Below, piece after piece: positions 60,613-64,000 of a DNA stretch of 64,000 bases. The stretch comes from an uncultured Nitrospira sp. (GTDB lineage Bacteria > Nitrospirota > Nitrospiria > SBBL01 > JAADHI01). Location: positions 28,876-92,875 of the forward strand of contig CAYVHO010000009.1 in the NCBI GenBank assembly GCA_964451325.1. Reading direction: 5' to 3'. Position 1 is the first letter of the stretch; each line of letters begins with the position of its first letter. The notes under the pieces are model-generated. The model made no database searches, was not told the origin of the DNA, and was given only the letters and a program-made list of their open reading frames with translations. A program made the translations under genes and the position numbers.

Positions 60613-61488
60613 ATGGAATACCTCTCAGACGATGCAATGACCCGGAGCGACGCAACGATTGAGCGTAATCAGGGTTCACTCGCCTATACTCTTGTCACCC
60701 CCTATACATCAAGCGCTGTCATCCTCATCGTGCATGGCATTAACGATCACAAGGGACGTTACGTCTTGCTTCAAGAGGATTTGGCCGAAGCAGGTTATAC
60801 CAGTTTTGCTTTGGATTTGCGGGGTTTTGGTCTTTCCGAGGGCAAGCGGACAGATGTCGCACGGTATCAAGATTATCACGACGACATCACCGCGATGTTG
60901 GAAGTCATTCGTAAAGAATGCCCGAATGAAACCGTTTTTTTACTGGGTCATAGTTTGGGAGGTTTGATTTCGACGACATTTTGCATTGATCATCCGAATC
61001 GTGTCGATGCTTTAGTGCTTTCATCCCCTGCCTTTGAAGTCCCATCCCTGCCTTTTTATTTGGAAATGCTGGCCTTCTTATTTTATTACTTGATGCCCAC
61101 AGCTGCTGTAAGTTATCCTAGTTTGCATCATAAACGCAGTCACGATCCCGCAATTGCAAATGCCGTGGCAAAAGATCCACTGATTGTTGAACAAGCGACA
61201 CCCCGTTTTTATAAACAATTTAAGGAGATGAAGGCGTATTGTCAGGAATATGCGGATCACCTTGAGTTGCCAACACTTATCCTGCAAGCCGGAGATGATC
61301 ATACTGTTTGTCCCGAAGGTGCGCGGGCGGTCTATGAGCGTTTGGAAAATCCGAAAAAAAAGCTGATCTGGTATGACGGCTATTATCATGAGGTCTTTCA
61401 CGAGATGGCTCGAACCAAGGTAGTCGTAGACTTGATTCACTGGTTGGACAAAATATCTGAGCAACACACGGAATCTCCCTCCTCATGA
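60613..61488 (+). CDS. Alpha/beta hydrolase (lysophospholipase / monoacylglycerol lipase family)
   Basis: VHG..DH.GRY, DLRGFG.SEG, GHSLGG, YHE. Confidence 0.88.
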   Translation: MEYLSDDAMTRSDATIERNQGSLAYTLVTPYTSSAVILIVHGINDHKGRYVLLQEDLAEAGYTSFALDLRGFGLSEGKRTDVARYQDYHDDITAMLEVIRKECPNETVFLLGHSLGGLISTTFCIDHPNRVDALVLSSPAFEVPSLPFYLEMLAFLFYYLMPTAAVSYPSLHHKRSHDPAIANAVAKDPLIVEQATPRFYKQFKEMKAYCQEYADHLELPTLILQAGDDHTVCPEGARAVYERLENPKKKLIWYDGYYHEVFHEMARTKVVVDLIHWLDKISEQHTESPSS

Positions 61489-62123
61489 AATTGAGACCCC
61501 TATCCCTGAAAGCATTCAAAATAATCCTTTTGATTTTGCTGCCCGGTCTTTTTGTCCTGAATACGGCAGCGGCCAAAGAGGCCCCTTCGCTCAAAACAGG
61601 TTTTGGAAAAGTGACATGGGGCATGAGCCTGGAAGAGGTGGTTTCTGCTTATCAGATCACAATGAAGATGCCACAACGGACTGATCCGGGTGGCATCTGG
61701 GCTTTTAAAGGGCCTTCGGATGGGGAGCTCACCGTTTCAGGCGAGGCCCTGGGAGAAGTCGATATCCGCTCTGTCAGTTTTGGCATTCATGAAAAATATG
61801 GTTTGTCGATTGTCCATACGCGCTTTAGGGATGCCAATGATCCCAAGTTTGTGGAAAAACTCCTGCCAAAATGGACGGCGCGTTTAGGAAAACCCAAAGC
61901 CCAGCTTCGTGGGCCAAAGGTCATTTGGGAAATTGGCGAAACCTATATCGAATTAACCTATCACACTGTTTCTCGCAAACACCCCTCCCCCTCTGATCAC
62001 CTGGCCATTGTGAATTGGGACATGCCGCGTTTGGAAAAAATTCAAAATGAAAAACCGGAAGAACCCTTCATGCCCGATGTCGAAAGACTTCGTCCCATGC
62101 GAAGACCTCATAAAGAAAACTAG
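61485..62123 (+). CDS. Secreted hypothetical protein
   Basis: Signal peptide (AAA), GFGKVTWGMS.EEV motif. Confidence 0.7.
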   Translation: MKLRPLSLKAFKIILLILLPGLFVLNTAAAKEAPSLKTGFGKVTWGMSLEEVVSAYQITMKMPQRTDPGGIWAFKGPSDGELTVSGEALGEVDIRSVSFGIHEKYGLSIVHTRFRDANDPKFVEKLLPKWTARLGKPKAQLRGPKVIWEIGETYIELTYHTVSRKHPSPSDHLAIVNWDMPRLEKIQNEKPEEPFMPDVERLRPMRRPHKEN

Positions 62124-62228
62124 GACGATCAGAATAAGATCAAACAGACATCACTCATCCTTGGCCCTCTACTTGCTTTTTTAATCCCCTTTTTTGTCAC
62201 CATTACAGAACATCCTAAAGCAGCCTTC

Positions 62229-63578
62229 ATGTTGGGCATTGCGCTCTGGATGGCGCTTTGGTGGATGACGGAGTGCGTCCCGCTTGCCGTAACGGCACTT
62301 ATCCCGCTGATCGCTTTTCCGCTAACGGGCATTGCGCCCGCCAAAGCAACGGCACCGCGTTATATGAGCAGCACCATCTTTTTGTTTATGGGTGGGTTTT
62401 TAATTGCTCAGGCCATGGAAAAAACGGGTCTACATCGTCGCATTGCCTTGTCTATTTTGTCTCGATGGCATGCAAGTCTCCTGCAAATCGTAGCGGGTTT
62501 TTCCTGTGCAACGGCACTTCTTTCGATGTGGATCTCAAATACGGCCACAACAATGCTCATGCTGACGATTTCAATGGCAGTGATCTCTCGTCTTGAAACA
62601 CAATTGAGTGCAAAAGACCTCAAAGTTTTTACCAGCACCTTGCTTTTGTGTATTGCGTATTCAGCCAATATTGGCGGCATGGGGACACCTGTAGGCAGTC
62701 CACCCAACCTGATCTTTATTGAAACGATGAATACACTTGCCCCAGATCGTACCCCTAGTTTTTTACAATGGATGATGATCGGGGTCCCCATGGTTATTTT
62801 GGGTCTGACCATCCTTTATTTTTTTATGGGGCCTGGGCTTCGACATCTCTCCTGGTCGGGTTCAAAATTGGGTCCGATCAAAGATGAGATCTCGGATTTA
62901 GGGCCAATGTCAGGGCAAGAGCGCTATGTTGGGGCCGTTCTTTTTATGACGGCACTGGCCTGGATGACACGTCAGGGAATTCGTGCTGGGGATTTTGCGA
63001 TACCCGGCTGGTCGTCGTTGTTGCCTTATCCCGGCGTGGATGACGGCACGGTAGCCATTTTTGCAGCCTTTCTGTTATTTGTGATCCCGATAAAGGATGC
63101 AAAACCACTTTTGCATAAAGAGGCCTTTACCCGTCTGCCCTGGCGGATTTTACTTTTATTTGGCGGTGGTTTTGCCATGGCAATGGGCATGCAACGCTCC
63201 GGGCTTTCTGCGGTCATCGGAAACCAGATGGCTTTTTTAGGAGATGTCGGGCCTTTTTTTATGCTCTTGAGCATTGCTTTGATGATGACCTTTTTAACTG
63301 AGATTACGAGTAATACTGCGACCACACAGGTTATTTTGCCCATCTTAGGGGCGGTGGCCATTGGCAGCGGGCATGACGTGACTTTACTCTTGGTCACAGC
63401 CACGCTTTCGGCTTCTTGTGCCTTTATGTTGCCCGTCGCAACACCACCCAATGCCATCGTTTTTGGTACAGATCGTATCTCCATACAGACCATGATGCGA
63501 TCCGGGATTCGACTCAACCTTGTCATGGCTTTTGTGATTGTGCTGCTTGTGCTGGCGATTCGCACCCTTCTCCCCTGA
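62229..63578 (+). CDS. SLC13/DASS sodium:dicarboxylate/sulfate symporter (true N-terminus probably further upstream)
   Basis: WW.TE..P...T, SMWISNTAT, GTP.GSPPN, TE.TSNTAT, AFMLPVATPPNAI. Confidence 0.93.
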   Translation: MLGIALWMALWWMTECVPLAVTALIPLIAFPLTGIAPAKATAPRYMSSTIFLFMGGFLIAQAMEKTGLHRRIALSILSRWHASLLQIVAGFSCATALLSMWISNTATTMLMLTISMAVISRLETQLSAKDLKVFTSTLLLCIAYSANIGGMGTPVGSPPNLIFIETMNTLAPDRTPSFLQWMMIGVPMVILGLTILYFFMGPGLRHLSWSGSKLGPIKDEISDLGPMSGQERYVGAVLFMTALAWMTRQGIRAGDFAIPGWSSLLPYPGVDDGTVAIFAAFLLFVIPIKDAKPLLHKEAFTRLPWRILLLFGGGFAMAMGMQRSGLSAVIGNQMAFLGDVGPFFMLLSIALMMTFLTEITSNTATTQVILPILGAVAIGSGHDVTLLLVTATLSASCAFMLPVATPPNAIVFGTDRISIQTMMRSGIRLNLVMAFVIVLLVLAIRTLLP

Positions 63579-64000
63579 TGATTCGGCCTGAAATGCTTAA
63601 AAAACGCAGGCAGGTACTTGAGCGGCTTTTTCAGTCCCTGCCTGCGCGAAGCCGAATTGATGCCGATCCGATTGAAATTCCGCATCGTTATAAAGATCCC
63701 AGAGAAATCGAAATCGCTGGATTTGTTGCGGCTGTGCTTGCCTATGGTCGTGTGGACTTGTTTAAGGCCTGCGTTGATAAAATTTTGGCGCTTGCAGATT
63801 GTGGGCTTTACGATTATTTAAAATATTTTAATGCCAAACGAGAACGGTCTCGATTTGAAGGAATCTATTATCGTTTTAATACGGCGCAGGACCTTTTTGA
63901 TTTGATGCTTTTGATGAGTCGCGTCATCAAAGAATATCAAAGCATCGGCACCTTGTTTCAAAAGCTGTATCATCCAGAAGACCCCAATATCGGCCCGACA
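63578..64000 (+). CDS. TIGR02757/DUF2400 family protein, 3' truncated by the window edge
   Basis: TGATG coupling to the previous gene; MIRPEM...DPIEIPHRY....EIEIAGFVAAVLAYGRV...YYRFN; open to the window end. Confidence 0.85.
   Translation, partial: MIRPEMLKKRRQVLERLFQSLPARSRIDADPIEIPHRYKDPREIEIAGFVAAVLAYGRVDLFKACVDKILALADCGLYDYLKYFNAKRERSRFEGIYYRFNTAQDLFDLMLLMSRVIKEYQSIGTLFQKLYHPEDPNIGPT

Noticed and set aside
63026-63685. 219-aa antisense ORF, and the many other short overlapping ORFs in the track
   Set aside because: Shadows of well-supported genes, with no motifs of their own.

Overview
Bacterial chromosomal window, mostly housekeeping genes. It probably comes from Nitrospirota (class Nitrospiria); this is an inference from gene order and lineage-typical small proteins. 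Core loci: proS, bioA, degP-PIN/TRAM-ispD-ispF-cysE-mutY, ffh-rpsP-khpA-rimM-trmD-rplS-rnhB-yraN, ftsEX-envC-ctpA, CIRCE-controlled groESL, trxA, recN, smc, thiL, lon, galU, coaE, radC, and mog/moeA-rhodanese-ferredoxin-mtaB-miaB. Accessory patches: a CFI-box-CTERM surface protein paired with an outer-membrane beta-barrel (2.4-4.8 kb); an island between proS and bioA with a mosaic Ig-repeat lipoprotein, a gene remnant and an orphan YjjJ/HipA-like kinase with upstream repeats (6.6-11.6 kb); and a metalloprotease-lipoprotein/PilZ/LuxR cluster (35-40 kb). Reading the DNA directly showed two sigma54-type promoter architectures. One (GG-N10-GC, IHF-like site, enhancer-like dyads) drives an unknown gene plus a LuxR-type regulator. 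The other (GG-N10-GC plus four dyads) drives a 57-aa CxxC/CxxC microprotein absent from the ORF track. Also notable are a divergent, domain-IV-less MoeA heading a tRNA-methylthiolation operon, and an SLC13 transporter whose first helix lies upstream of any canonical start, in frame behind an amber stop. No tRNA, rRNA, CRISPR array, transposase or integrase was recognised. All family calls are from motif recognition by eye, not database searches.
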